From Dendrobates tinctorius (Eukaryota), in contig NW_027361798.1 of NCBI RefSeq assembly GCF_039654945.1, forward strand, positions 3,472,001 to 3,536,000: a stretch of 64,000 nt of DNA, read 5' to 3'. Below the pieces are notes generated by a model, which saw only the letters and a list, made by a program, of their open reading frames with translations, was not told the origin of the DNA and did not search any database. Of the stretch, positions 48,800 through 62,464 are shown one piece after another; position 1 is the stretch's first letter; each line of letters opens with the position of its first letter. Made by a program: the position numbers and the translations under genes.

Positions 48800-51700
48800 G
48801 TCTAAAGGGCCTGTTCCGGGCACACGAGACACATGCTTTCACGTATGCCTTGACGTCTCGAGCCATATGCGGCCATCAATATGACCTTGCCAGGAGTTCG
48901 GTGGTCCGTTTATTACCAAAATGGCCACCTAGCCTGGAGGCATGTGCCCAGGCAAGAACCTCTGGCCGTAGCCGAGGGGGCACTAAGGTCTTGCCTGGCG
49001 GTACCGACTCGAGATCGATAGGAGCCACGGTCGTAAAACTCTCTGGAGGGAGAATTAACCGAGGCTACGCTTCTCCCTCCTCCGCTGAGACCACCGAGCG
49101 TGAGAGGGCATCTGCTCGGACGTTCTTCTCCCCGGAGAGGTAGTGTAGGGTAAAGCGGAAGCGAGAAAAGAAGAGCGACCACCTGGCCTGACGGGAATTC
49201 AGGCGTTGGGCCGTCTGAAGATAGACCAGGTTTTTATGGTCCGTGAAGACCTGAAAGGGGAACCGGGCTCCCTCCAGGAGATGTCTCCACTCGGAAAAAG
49301 CCAATTTCATGGCCAGCAGCTCCCTGTCGCCGATGGAGTAATTTTGCTCCGCCGGTGAGAAGGTCTTAGAAGAAGCAGGGATGCTTCCGACCTTGAACAT
49401 CCTTTTGGTAAAGGACTGCTCCTGCACAGACGGAAGAAGCGTCTACCTCAAGGATAAACGGCTTATCCACATCGGGACGGTGTAAAATGGGAGCGCCTGC
49501 AAAGTGGGACTTTACGGAGGAAAAGGCCTTAGAAACCTGTTCGGTCCACGCCTTAGGATTAGCTCCTTTTTTCGTGAGAGCAACCAAAGGAGCTACCAGG
49601 GTGGAAAAGTGGGGTATAAACTGGCGATAATAGTTAACGAACCCTAAAAAGCGCTACACCGCTTTAAGAGAATGGGGTTCCTGCCAGTCCATAACCGCTT
49701 GCAGTTTGGCCAGATCCATAGTCAACCCCTGGGCCGAGATGACGTAGCCCAGAAATGGCAAGGACTCCTGCTCGAACTGACACTTCTCCAGCTTGGCGAA
49801 CAGGAAATTTGCCCGTAGGCGGTCAAATACCCTGCAGACATCTTTCCGGTGGGTGGGCAAATATGGCGAAAAGATGAGGATGTCATCCAGATAGACTACC
49901 ACCGAGGTAGAAAGCATGTCACGGAAGACGTCGTTGACGAAATCCTGGAAGACAGTGGGAGCATTACAAAGGCCAAAGGGCATGACCAGATATTCATAAT
50001 GGCCATCCCGAGTATTAAAAGCTGTCTTGCACTCGTCTCCCTCACGAATACGGATCAGGTTGTATGCCCCTCGTAGATCTAGCTTAGTAAAGAGTCGCGC
50101 CCCACGCAACCTGTCGAACAACTCGGAGATCAACGGGAGAGGGTACTTATTCTTTACCGTGATGGCATTGAGACCCCGGTAGTCGATGCAAGGGCGTAAC
50201 TCTCTGCTCTTCTTCTGAACGAAGAAGCCTGCCCCGGCCGGTGACACCGACTTCCTGATAAAGCCCCGTGCCAGGTTCTCCCTGATGTATTGGGACATTG
50301 CCTCCGTCTCCGGGAGAGATAATGGGTAAACACAACCTCGAGGAGGTTCTGTGCCTGGCAGGAGGTCAATCGGGCAGTCATAGGGACGGTGCGGTGGGAG
50401 TGTCTCCGCGGACTTCTTAGAGAAGACGTCCGCATATTGATGGTAAGGTTCAGGGAGCGTGGAGAGGTTTGTAGGCAGCTCCGTAGACGCTCCCTGAAGA
50501 CTGTCCCTGAGACACCTACCCTCGCAGTCCTTGCTCCAGCCCAATATTCTCCCCGAAGCCCAATCAATGTGAGGGGAGTGACATCGAAGCCAGGGAACCC
50601 CAAGGAGTACCTGATCGATGCCATGAGGCATAATAAGCAAGGACAGGGTCTCCGGATGTGAGGGGGACATGGCGAGACCGAGTGGGACCGTCTGATGGGT
50701 CACTCGAGACGGCAATGGTGCCCCATCCACCACCCTGATGGTCAGAGGTTGTGGGAGTAATACCAGAGGGATAGTGTGACTCTGGGCAAAACTCGAGGAC
50801 ATAAAGTTCCCCTCGGCCCCGGAATCCAGAGTGACCTCTGCCTCCCAGGTGGAGGAAACATTATCTAGGGTACCCCGGAATACCGGCTTAGGCGAAAAGG
50901 ACTCCATCTGGGACTGGCCACCACCTACAACCATGGAACGGGGTCGTCCCTTCGGCCGCTGAGGACATGTGCCAGCCGTGTGGCCAAAGTGTTGGCAGTG
51001 GTAACAGCGCACGGAGCCCCGCACCTGACGTGGCTTAGTACCGGTGCGAGATACCTCCAAGGGCTCGGTGGAGGGAGACTCCTGTGCGAAATGGCTCAGC
51101 GGTTCGGTAAAGGTGGGAGCCAGGTTAATTTTACGCCGGGATTGAGTCCTCTCCAACCCGCGCTCCTTGAACCGGAGATCAATACGGGTGGAGACGGTGA
51201 TCAATTCCTCCAGAGTTGTGGGAATATCTCGGGTAGCTAGAGCATCCTTGACGTGCTCAGCTAGGCTTCTCCAGAACACTGGGACTAATACTTTGTCCGG
51301 CCACTCCAGTTCGGAAGCCAATGTCCGAAACCGGACAGCATAATGGCTAACCGAGAGTGACCCTTGCGTTAAGGACAACAGGTCGAGAGCCGTATCGTGC
51401 GTGACCTGTGGTCCTAAGAAGACCTGCTTCAGAGCCGCGAGGAACTGAGCAGGCCCCTGAACCAGAGGATCATCACGTTCCCACAATGGCGTGGCCCACT
51501 GCAATGCCCGGCCAGACAATAAGGAGACAATGAAGCCCACCTTAGCCCGCTCTGTAGGAAACCGTGCAGCCAGCAACTCCAGGTGAATGGAGCACTGACT
51601 GACGAATCCCCTACAGGTGGCGCTTTCACCCGAAAACTTATCGGGGAGCGGGAGGGAAGAGATTGTCGGCGAGGGCAAGAGTGTGGGTACACGTGAGACG

Positions 51701-51850
51701 GCCTCAGCGACCGTCTGGGCGGCAGCTAGAGCAGCATTCGCAGCTGAGTTGGTGCTCTCGATAGCCGCCAACCTGCTCTCCAGCTGCCGAATGTAGCGCT
51801 GCAGCTGCTGCACGTCTGCCATTGTCAGCCAGACCCTGGCGCTAGTGTAA

Positions 51851-52741
51851 TGTTATGGTCGGCGGAACGCACCAGATATAAAATAATAAGAGGTGCGTTC
51901 GCCGCCCGGGGTCCACCATGCGGTAGTTGGTAGGACCGCTGCTGGGCAATGGCAGATGCACCAGAAGGTGAAGTAGTGCGCACGGGTTAATGTCACCCGA
52001 ACGCTAGGAGCGGCTCTGTTCAGACACAGAGTCGCTTGCCAGAAATAAATACAAAGGTGCTGGCCCTGTTATCGTCACAGGAGTCAGCGTGTGGCGTCGC
52101 AGCCGCGAACACCAATAGCTGCTGTTAATGCAGCGCAGCGGCAACTATAGCCGCAAGAGTCGGCGCCGAGGACCGGGCACCGACGGACGCTAGTGTAGGC
52201 GAAGCAGCACTGTGGCGTAGCTTGCCTCTACCTGGTGCTGACCTAAGAACACTCTCTGTCACCAATCGTATTATCCGAGGGAAGGGGTTTCATAATGAGT
52301 CAGCCAACAGTCCATGCATCCGTCACCATTCACACACATAGCAAGATAAGTCTACACTAGCGCATCGCCGAGCCGCCCTGCGGGCTTTTTATAGCGATGC
52401 ACTTCCGGAACCTTCCATTAGCTTGGGAAGGACCAATCAGATCCGACGCAGGACCTGAGCATGTGACCCCTGCTCTCCAGTGAGAGGTCAAGTTGCGGGC
52501 ATGCCCAGTAGCACGGCATGAGGACTTAGCCTCAGGAGCGGTTCCCTGCAAAGCAGGTTGCGCTGCCATTGCTGCACCAGAGGTGGCAGCAACATCCAGG
52601 CTGCCAGAGCGAGTCTGAGCAGCAGGCCTGGCTCGCCGTGTTTGCTGAGCAACACCCGGAGCGGTTGAGGAAGAATGGGAGACCGCAGGATGTCTGGCTC
52701 TGGATTCCTGCTGTGCAGTGCCAGGAATCCGACGCTTAACA
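51851..52741 (-). repeat. 5' LTR of Gypsy B
   Basis: Direct repeat of 45030-45920; gag ATG lies about 30 nt downstream at 51822. Confidence 0.97.
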
Positions 52742-52746
52742 CATTT

Positions 52747-55700
52747 GCTGTGGATGGTGTACAACTTAAATTTCTTCTGGCAATTACTCTGATCTGCTCC
52801 CTGTCCACATTTTCCGCTAAGGCTTTTGTGGATTCAGGAGCGGCTCTGGACCTGATGGACTTGGATTTTGCTAAACGTTGTGGGTTTCCTATGACACCTC
52901 TGCGGACGCCTATCCCTTTGAGGGGGATTGATGCTACTCTTTTGGCGAAGAATAAACCTCAGTTTTGGACCCAGGTGGTAATGCGGGTCGCCCCAGACCA
53001 TCAAGAAAATTGCAGATTTTTGGTGTTGCATAATTTGCATGATACCATTGTTCTGGGATTTCCCTGGTTGCAAATCCATAATCCAGTTTTGGATTGGAAA
53101 TCTGTGTCTGTGGTGAGTTGGGGTTGTCGGTGTGCTCTTGGTGACGCTCCTGTTTTCTCCACCTCTCCCCAGTTGCATGATGTTCCTGACTATTTGGCTG
53201 ATTATTATGATGTATTTAGTGAGAATGAGTCTGCGTCTTTGCCTCCTCATAGGAGTTATGACTGTGCAATTGAGCTGAGCCCTGGGTGTAAATTTCCCAA
53301 GGGTCGACTTTTCATTTTATCCGTACCAGAGCACGAGGCTATGCGATCTTATATTAAGGAGTCGTTGGGGAAGGGTCATATTAGACCATCCTCTTCACCC
53401 TTGGGTGCTGGATTTTTTTCGTGGCCAAGAAAGATGGTTCATTAAGGCCTTGTATTGATTATCGTGTCCTCAACAAAATTACTATTAAATATCAGTATCC
53501 GTTACCCCTGATTTCTGATCTATTCTCCAGAGTTAGAGGTGCTTGCTGGTTTACCAAGCTTGACCTCAGGGGGGCGTATAATCTTATTCGCATTAAGCAG
53601 GGGGATGAATGGAAGACGGCGTTTAATACTCCGGAAGGACATTTTGAGTACCTGGTGATGCCTTTTGGGCTCATTAATGCCCCTTCTGTCTTCCAGTGCT
53701 TCATGAACGATATATTCCGAGACTTTGTGGATAAATTTTTGATCATCTATCTGGATGATATTTTGATCTTTTCCAGGGATTGGGATTCTCATGTGGAACA
53801 TGTTCAGACTATGTTCCAGATTTTGAGGGAGAATTCCCTGTATGTTAAGGGATCGAAATGCCTTTTTGGTGTACAGAGGATTTCATTTTTGGGATTTATT
53901 TTGTCTCTGTCAACTATTGAAATGGACCCAGCCAAGGTACAGGCCATTTATTATTGGGTTCAGCCCACTTCTTTGAAGGCCCTCCAGAAGTTTTTGGGTT
54001 TTGCTAATTTTTATCTTAAATTCATAGCTAATTTTTCTGGTATTGCCAAACCATTGACTGATTTGACTAAGAAGGGCGCTGATGTGCTGAATTGGTCTCC
54101 AGAGGCTGTTTCTGTTAGGCGTCGGATTTCCGGCGCTGCACAGCGGGAATCCCGAGCCTTGCCTCCGAGGGTCTCCCATTCCTCCCCAGCCGCAGAGGAG
54201 CTTGCTCAGCAAACTCGTCGGTCCCGGCGCCCTGTCCAGACCAGCTCCGTGGGTTTGCTTGCTGCTGCCACCCCTGGTTCAGCTTTGGTAATGCATGCTG
54301 CTCAGCAGCAAGATCCTCCAGGGACTAAGTCCTCATGTCGGGCCACTGAGCATGCCTGTGGAGTGATCTCCCATTGGAGATCAAAGGTCATGTGCTCAGG
54401 TCCTGCTCGTTTTCGGATTGGCCCATCCGAGAAGCAAGGAGGATCACGGACGCCTGCGGCTATAAAAGGTTCGCATGGCCGCTCGGCCATGCGCTAAGAT
54501 AGACTCAAATAGTTTGGTGTGTATGATGATGGATGCATGTATCTGGTGTCTGACTCATTATGAAACCCCTACCCTTTGATACGTCTGTTGTTAGGGTTTA
54601 GAGTCTGAGTCAGCGCCTGCTAGTGGCTAGCCTGTAGGCCACAGTGCATACCGGCCGTCTGCACACTTGCACACGCCATTTATTTGATCCCTGTTGGTAT
54701 CGCAGTTGCGGTGCCGGGCGCTAGCGGTCTAGAGGGACTTCAGTCCTGCTGTGTAAGGGCTGAGTCCTGTGACGTTACGCTAGCACTTACTCTGCCGAGC
54801 TCTGTGAGCGAAAACAGGCTACGGCATCTATTATTTGCGGTGGTGCGGCTCTAAGTCATAAGAGTTCGCCTCGGTACACCTTGGGTGAGGTTAACCCCGT
54901 GTGTGCCGTTATTGCACCAGCAGTTAACACCTCTGCACGGTGGACCTCGGGCTGCGAACGCACCTAAACACCATCTTATTATTTGGTGTGTTCCGCCAGC
55001 CCTTAACAGTTTCTTCCTTTCAGGAGCTGAAGCAGAGGTTCACTTCTGCTCCGGTTTTACGGAAACCTGATGTCTCACTCCCGTTTCAGGTAGAGGTGGA
55101 CGCTTCTGAGATTGGTGCAGGAGCTGTGTTGTCCCAAAAAGATCCGGTAACATCTAAAATGTGCTTTCTTTTCCCGAAAGTTCTCCCCATCTGAACGCAA
55201 CTATGATGTGGGGAATCGGGAACTGTTAGCCATGAAATGGGCATTTGAGGAGTGGAGACATTGGTTGGAGGGAGCTAGACATCAAGTCGTGGTCCTCACT
55301 GACCACAAGAATTTGTTTTTCCTTGAGTCGGCCAAACGCTTGAATCCTAGACAGGCTAGATGGGCCTTGTTTTTCACACGTTTTGATTTTGTGGTCTCTT
55401 TTCTTCCGGGCACTAAGAATGTCAAGGCAGACGCCCTCTCTAGGAGTTTCTTTGCTGATTCTCCTATTGTGACCAAGCCTGTTACCATCTTAGGCGAGGG
55501 GGTAGTTCTTTCTGCCATCTCGCCCGATTTGAGACGTGCTCTGGAAGAGTTTCAGGAGGACAAACCTGAGGGTTGTCCCATTGGAAAATTGTATGTTTCT
55601 GACCAGTGCAGGAAGAGAGTGATGTCTGAAGTTCAATGCTCCGCATGGGCTGGTCATCCAGGTATTTTTGGTACTAGAGATTTGGTGAGTCGGTCATTTT

Positions 55701-56525
55701 GGAGGCCCACCTTATCTCGTGATGTCAGGAATTTTGTGCAGTCCTGTGGGACTTGCTCCCGGTCTAAACCTTGTTCTCGCTCTAGTGGGTTGTTGATGCC
55801 TTTGCCGATGCCCAGGAGGCCATGGACCCATATTTCAATGGATTTTATCTCGGATATGCCTGTCTGTCAGAGAATGACTGTTATTTGGGTGATTTGTGAT
55901 AGATTCTCTAAGATGGTCCATCTTGTACCACTCCCTAAGTTGCCATCTTCCTCAGAGTTGGTGCCCTTTTTTTTGCAACAGGTGGTTCGCTTGCATGGGA
56001 TTCCTGAGAACATTGTATCTGACAGGAGTTCAGTTTGTCTCTAGATTTTGGAGGACTTTTTGTTCCAAGCTGGGAATTCAGTTGTCCTTCTCCTCTGCGT
56101 TTCACCTTCAGACCAATGGGTAGACGGAGAGAACAAACCAGACTTTGGAGTCGTATTTGAGATGTTTTATATCTGCCGATCAGGATGATTGGGTCTCATT
56201 TTTGCCCTTGGCCGAATTTGCTTTAAATAATAGAGCTAGTTCTGCCACTTTGATGTCACTTTTTTTTTTGTAACTTTGGGTTTCATCCTCGATTCTCTTC
56301 AGGGCAGGTGGAGCCTTCTGCCTGCCCAGGTGATGACACTGTGGTGGAGAGAATGCACCAGATCTGGGACCAAGTGGTGGATAAGTTGTCTCTCTCCCAG
56401 GAAAAGGCCCAGCGGTTTTCCAACCGGCATAGGACCATTGGTCCCCGGTTTAAGGTGGGTGATATGGTTTGGTTGTCATCAAAGAATATCTCTATGAAGG
56501 TGGCTTCTCCAGTTTAAACCTAGAT
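52747..56525 (+). pseudogene. Gypsy A pol (protease, RT, RNase H, integrase), disrupted
   Basis: AFVDSGA, LPPHRSYDC, LRPCIDYR, KLDLRGAY, YLDDILI, VEVDAS, RELLAMKWA, AGHPG, WTHISMDFI, IVSDR; several frameshifts and stops; breaks off after VWLSSKNI. Confidence 0.93.
54113..55008 (+). mobile_element. Solo LTR (896 bp) of a family related to Gypsy B
   Basis: TGTTAGG...TTAACA termini, 5-bp TSD GTTTC (54108-54112 / 55009-55013), clear but diverged similarity to the B LTR. Confidence 0.95.
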
Positions 56526-56528
56526 AAC

Positions 56529-56586
56529 CCGATATGAGCACAGCCGTGGCCAAACGTCAACAGGCCGTACTCAAACTAATTTCTTT
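56529..56586 (+). mobile_element. 58-bp hAT transposase fragment at a deletion junction
   Basis: 54/58 identical to 40898-40955. Confidence 0.85.
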
Positions 56587-56606
56587 ATAATAATTTGTAA
56601 TAATTT

Positions 56607-56732
56607 ACTAATAGAGGATTATACCCACTGTGACGAACAATAATAGAGGATTATACCCATTGTGCCAAGCACTAATAGCAGAGGATTTTTACCCACTGTG
56701 CCAGGCACTAATAGAGGATTATATTCACTGTG
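56607..56732. repeat. Minisatellite B (about 4 units), distal end
   Basis: ACTAATAGAGGATTATACCCACTGTG units. Confidence 0.92.
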
Positions 56733-57249
56733 CGTCGCGGTCATTGGCGGTCTGTGAGAAGCGCGATCTTCCTGTCGGACTCACCACAGATCCATCAGGA
56801 CGTGTCGCCCTTCCTGGGACTGTCAGGACAGAGCTCGTCAGTAGCCGCAGTGTTTTATGGTGAAGCGGCTTCTCACTGATGCTGGGGACAGCTCGGCGCC
56901 TCCTCCGCTCCCGGGAGAAAGTTTCCCGTCACCTCCTGTATTCTCTGCACACTCTGCGGCCCATACAGACACTGCGGCAAGAGCTGCTGCGGTATCATCA
57001 GGAGCAGACTGCAGTCTCTGGTGCCCGCAGCACAAGAGCCAAGATCGTGGGTACAGAGCTCTCTATACCACCCCCGGCGCAGACACCAGTGGGGACCACC
57101 GGCCGAGATCAGCTCTGATGAGAAAATGTGAGGGATCTTAGAAGAGCCTGGATCCTACAGAATGATCTCTATATACCGCCCGGTGCAGACCCCAGTGTGA
57201 CCCATCCTCCGAGATGAGCGGCGTCAGCTCTGGTGGTGAAGGGGTGGGT

Positions 57250-57265
57250 GGCTCTTAGAAGAGCC
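57250..57265 (-). terminator. Histone 3' stem-loop of H2A
   Basis: Minus strand ccaaa-GGCTCT-TCTA-AGAGCC-accca; downstream element CAGAGCTG at 57225-57232. Confidence 0.96.
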
Positions 57266-57297
57266 TTTGGTTGTGTAAATGGGATCGGCGGTAGCGC

Positions 57298-58403
<1,106 letters not shown>

Positions 58404-58427
58404 GATCTGCTCCGCCATCACCCCAAA

Positions 58428-58443
58428 GGCTCTTCTAAGAGCC
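58428..58443 (+). terminator. Histone 3' stem-loop of H2B
   Basis: cccaaa-GGCTCT-TCTA-AGAGCC-gccca; downstream element AGAGCTG at 58461-58467. Confidence 0.96.
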
Positions 58444-58780
58444 GCCCACCCACTCACTATAGAGCTGCTCCTCCGTGTAGGGCCGTGTCCTCCTCACAGC
58501 TGCTCCTGTGTCCTCTCCTTCCTGAGGTGTCCGGCACCGCCCGGGTCTCTGGTGACAGGATGAATAGATGCTGAGGGCGATGGGCAGAGATTCGGGGCTG
58601 GTTTCTGATCTCATTTCTGAGGTTGCTTTGTGTTCCGTGAATGACAATTGTGACTCCATAATAATCCGACGCCATTAGCCTAAAGCAGAGGGCGATGAGA
58701 TCAGTGGGGAAGCGCCGAGCGCTGCGGTCACATCTGCCGGAGACAGGGAGAGATTCGCGGCTGCGATCAGTCAGGGACAC

Positions 58781-59385
58781 AGTGTCGGCGCCTCCAACAG
58801 AGACCAGGAGGAGGTCGCTGCTCTCTATGGAGCTGCCCCGGGCTCAGTGGGTCCCTGTGATCTCGGGACTCGATGTCGCAGCCCGGGCGGCTCTCTTCCT
58901 CCGGACACACTGCGGTCTCCTCTCTCGGTGCTGCCCCTGTCTTCAGCCCCTGGAGCTCGCACCGCTGTTTGCACTTTCCGATCTATTCTGGGGTTGAGCC
59001 TTGTAACAGGGTGTATGGGCGCTATATCCGGACACAGACCCCTCTGTGCACAGTACAGAGCTCGGAGTGCTGCTGTGAGATGAAGGGAAGGTAACGGCGG
59101 CGGCCGATCAGGGGAGCGATCAGCAGCTCCGGGGAGCAGGACTCTGAGCTCTGCGGGTGCAGCTGCCCCAGACCGGACGGCTCACGTCACAGCGATCTCC
59201 GCTACTAAGCAGAGGGGCCGGGAATAATCCGAAGGACAGGAAAGGGATTGAGCGGGGAATTCAAAACCATCAACGGGTCTGTGATCAGCCAATGAGAAGT
59301 CCGCAGGCGCGACCAATCCCAGAGCCAGGTATTGAATCCTCTGGTTAACTCCTTAGTGACTGTGAGCTGCTCATTTCCCCCTTCT
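58781..59385 (+). repeat. ~620-bp GC-rich spacer segment, copy 2
   Basis: Near-identical to 33069-33687. Confidence 0.93.
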
Positions 59386-59535
59386 GTATATGAGGCTGCA
59401 TGGAAGCAGGAACAGAACCGCTGGATCTACCGATAACGGAACCGGCCAGAATAACGGCCCTCAGACAACTGTGGACAAAGCAGCCCAGATATTACCGAAC
59501 CAGGAGGAAGGAGCTCATCTGTGGGAGGATTTGGT

Positions 59536-59551
59536 GGCTCTGAGAAGAGCC
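59536..59551 (-). terminator. Histone 3' stem-loop of H3
   Basis: Minus strand cacaaa-GGCTCT-TCTC-AGAGCC-accaa, followed by GATGAGCT. Confidence 0.96.
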
Positions 59552-59580
59552 TTTGTGTTGTGGTTGGTGCTCGGGAAGAT

Positions 59581-60130
<550 letters not shown>

Positions 60131-60410
60131 AAAACCTGATATGTTTGATCAATTATCGTGAAGCAAACCGCGGCCTCCCGCCCTGTAACCCCGCCTCCTC
60201 CATGATGCGGCTCTCAGCAGATCGCGCTCATCTCCCGCTGTACAGAATAGAGAAATCCGGTGACGTCATCTCCAGCGCAGGAGGAGACCTGGAGCAGCCG
60301 CCACCGCACTGCCATGACCCCGTGTACACAGCGCTGTACAGTGCAGCTCCCCATTATCACCAGATCACACCCATCCTGACACTGCGCCCGGATTATCAGC
60401 AGCTCATAAA

Positions 60411-61797
60411 CTGCAGAGGAGGCACTGATCATACAGCTCTGCAGGGAGGAGGTGGCACTGATCATACAGCTCTGCAGGGAGGTGGTGGCACTGATCATAC
60501 AGCTATGCAGGGAGGAGGTGGCACTGATCATACAGCTCTGCAGGGAGGAGGTGGTGGCACTGATCATACAGCTCTGCAGGGAGTAGGTGGCACTGATCAT
60601 ACAGCTCGGCAGGGAGGAGGTGATGGCATTGGTCATACAGCTCTGCAGGGAGTAGGTGGTGGCACTGATCATACAGCTCGGCAGAGAGGAGTTGGTGGCG
60701 CTGATCACACAGCTCTGCAGGGAGGAGGTGTCACTGATCATACAGCTCTGCAGGGAGTAGGTGGCACTGATCATACAGCTCGGCAGGGAGGAGGTGATGG
60801 CATTGGTCATACAGCTCTGCAGGGAGGAGGTGGTGGCACTGATCATACAGCTCTGCAGGGAGGAGGTGGTGGCACTGATCATACAGCTCTGCAGGGAGGA
60901 GGTGGTGACACTGATCATACAGCTCTGCAGGGAGGAGGTGGTGACACTAATAATACAGCTCTGAAGGGAGGAGGCAATGGCACTGATCATACAACTCTGC
61001 AGGGAAGAAGTGGTAGTGATCATACAGCTCTATAGGGAGGAGGAGGTGGCAGTGATCAAACAGCTCTGCAGTGAGGAGGTGGTGGCACTGATCATACAAC
61101 TCTGCAGGGAGGAGGTGGCACTGATCAAACAGCTCTGAAGGGATGAAGTAGCAGTGATCATACAGCACTGCAGGGAGGAGGTGGTGGCACTGATCATACA
61201 GCTCTGCAGGGATGAAGTAGCAGTGATCATACAGCACTGCAGGGAGGAGGTGGTGGCACTGATCATACAGCTTTGCAGGGAGGAGGTGGTGGCACTGATC
61301 ATACAGCTCTGCAGGGAGGAGGTGGTTGCACTGATCATACATCTCTGCAGGGAGGAGGTGATGGCATTGATCATACAGCTCTGCAGGGAGGAGGTGGTGG
61401 CACTGATCATACATCTCTGCAGGGAGGAGGTGATGGCATTGATCATACAGCTCTGCAGGGAGGAGGTGGTGGCACTGATCATATATCTCTGCAGGGAATA
61501 GGTGGAGGCTCTGACCATACAGCTCTGCAGTGAGGAGGTGGTGGCAGTGATCATACAGCTCTGCAGGGAGGAGTTGGTGGCACTGATCATACAGCTCTGC
61601 CTAGGAAGAGGTGATGGCACTGATCATACAGCTCTGCAGGGAGGAGGTGGTGACACTGATCATACAGCTCTGCAGGGAGGAGGTGGCACTGATCATTCAG
61701 CTCTGCAGGGAGTAGGTGGTGGCACTGATCATACAGCTCGGCAGGGAGGAGGTGATGGCACTGATCATACAGCTCTGCAGGGAGGAGGTGGTGGCAC
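60411..61797. repeat. Satellite A, second array, starting ~420 bp upstream of H3 and cut by an ERV
   Basis: Same monomer and orientation as 1-28876; shares an ordered run of rare variants with 20281-20317 plus 23044-23500. Confidence 0.98.
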
Positions 61798-62190
61798 TGT
61801 CGGGATCCCTCAGATTACTCTTTCATCTGAAGGACCGATGTTCTTGGGTGTGAAGCATCATATGTCTCTAATTAAATCAGCTCCGTGGAGAAGAACTACA
61901 CAGACACCAGCTGTATGGTACAACTCAGGATGCCTCCAAGACGCCTCTGGCTTATCAGTTAGGCTTCCGTCTTTTATAGTAAAGAATTTAAACATTTTAC
62001 AGACATGCGCAGTACAAATGATTTTACAACTTGTTTTAGACAAAGAAAGTCATTTAGGCGAAAAAGCAGAGGTATTTGACCTTGGTTCACAAGGGAGATG
62101 TCTGAGACATCTCCTCGAAGAAAAGATAAGGTTTTAAACAAGAGAATGCAACATAGACAGAACTCAATTTAACTCCTTCAGTTCCTATCA
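61798..62190 (-). repeat. Putative ERV 3' LTR (393 bp)
   Basis: TG...CA ends, preceded by the PPT, minus-strand TATAAAAG at 61971-61978. Confidence 0.82.
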
Positions 62191-62464
62191 TTCCCCCCTT
62201 TGACATCTTCATTTTTCATCAATCTGGAACACTGGGTCCTGCAACGACAGCTGATAGTGCCCTATTCACCAGGTACTATCCCTGGCCGACGGGTTGCCCG
62301 AGGGAGACAGGCATCTTCTTTTACCTTCTCCATCCCCTGGTTACTAAGGCCACGTCTGTCATCACAAGAGTACGCTCCTTCATGCCAGAAATGAGATGTC
62401 AACCTGAAACCTAAAGAAAACAGTTATCAATTTTGGCATATGTTCTGTCATTAATTTATCTATT

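Larger units (their letters stand above)
45921..51822 (-). pseudogene. Gypsy B gag-pol, disrupted by stops, frameshifts and a MITE
   Basis: 722-aa ORF with CYHCQHFGHTAGTC, TLDSGA and YLDD. Further fragments: RNase H ([17 protein letters not shown]), integrase (GIDFIVGLP, SDRG, HPETNG) and chromodomain ([10 protein letters not shown]..., YLVDWKG...TWEP). Confidence 0.93.
45030..52741 (-). mobile_element. Full-length Ty3/Gypsy chromovirus-type LTR retrotransposon B
   Basis: Two 891-bp LTRs with TG...CA ends, 5-bp TSD CATTT (45025-45029 / 52742-52746), G-rich PPT at 45921-45945, gag-PR-RT-RNase H-IN-chromodomain on the minus strand. Confidence 0.97.
43281..56525 (+). mobile_element. Ty3/Gypsy LTR retrotransposon A (sushi/Tf2-like), 3'-truncated, interrupted by element B and a solo LTR
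   Basis: Putative 5' LTR, gag with CCHC knuckle, protease FVDSGA, RT YLDD, RNase H and integrase in order. Removing both insertions restores the reading frame. No 3' LTR. Confidence 0.9.

Noticed and set aside
44250-56525. PEG10/RTL1-like domesticated genes
   Set aside because: LTRs, TSDs, PPT and multiple disabling mutations show ordinary Gypsy insertions.
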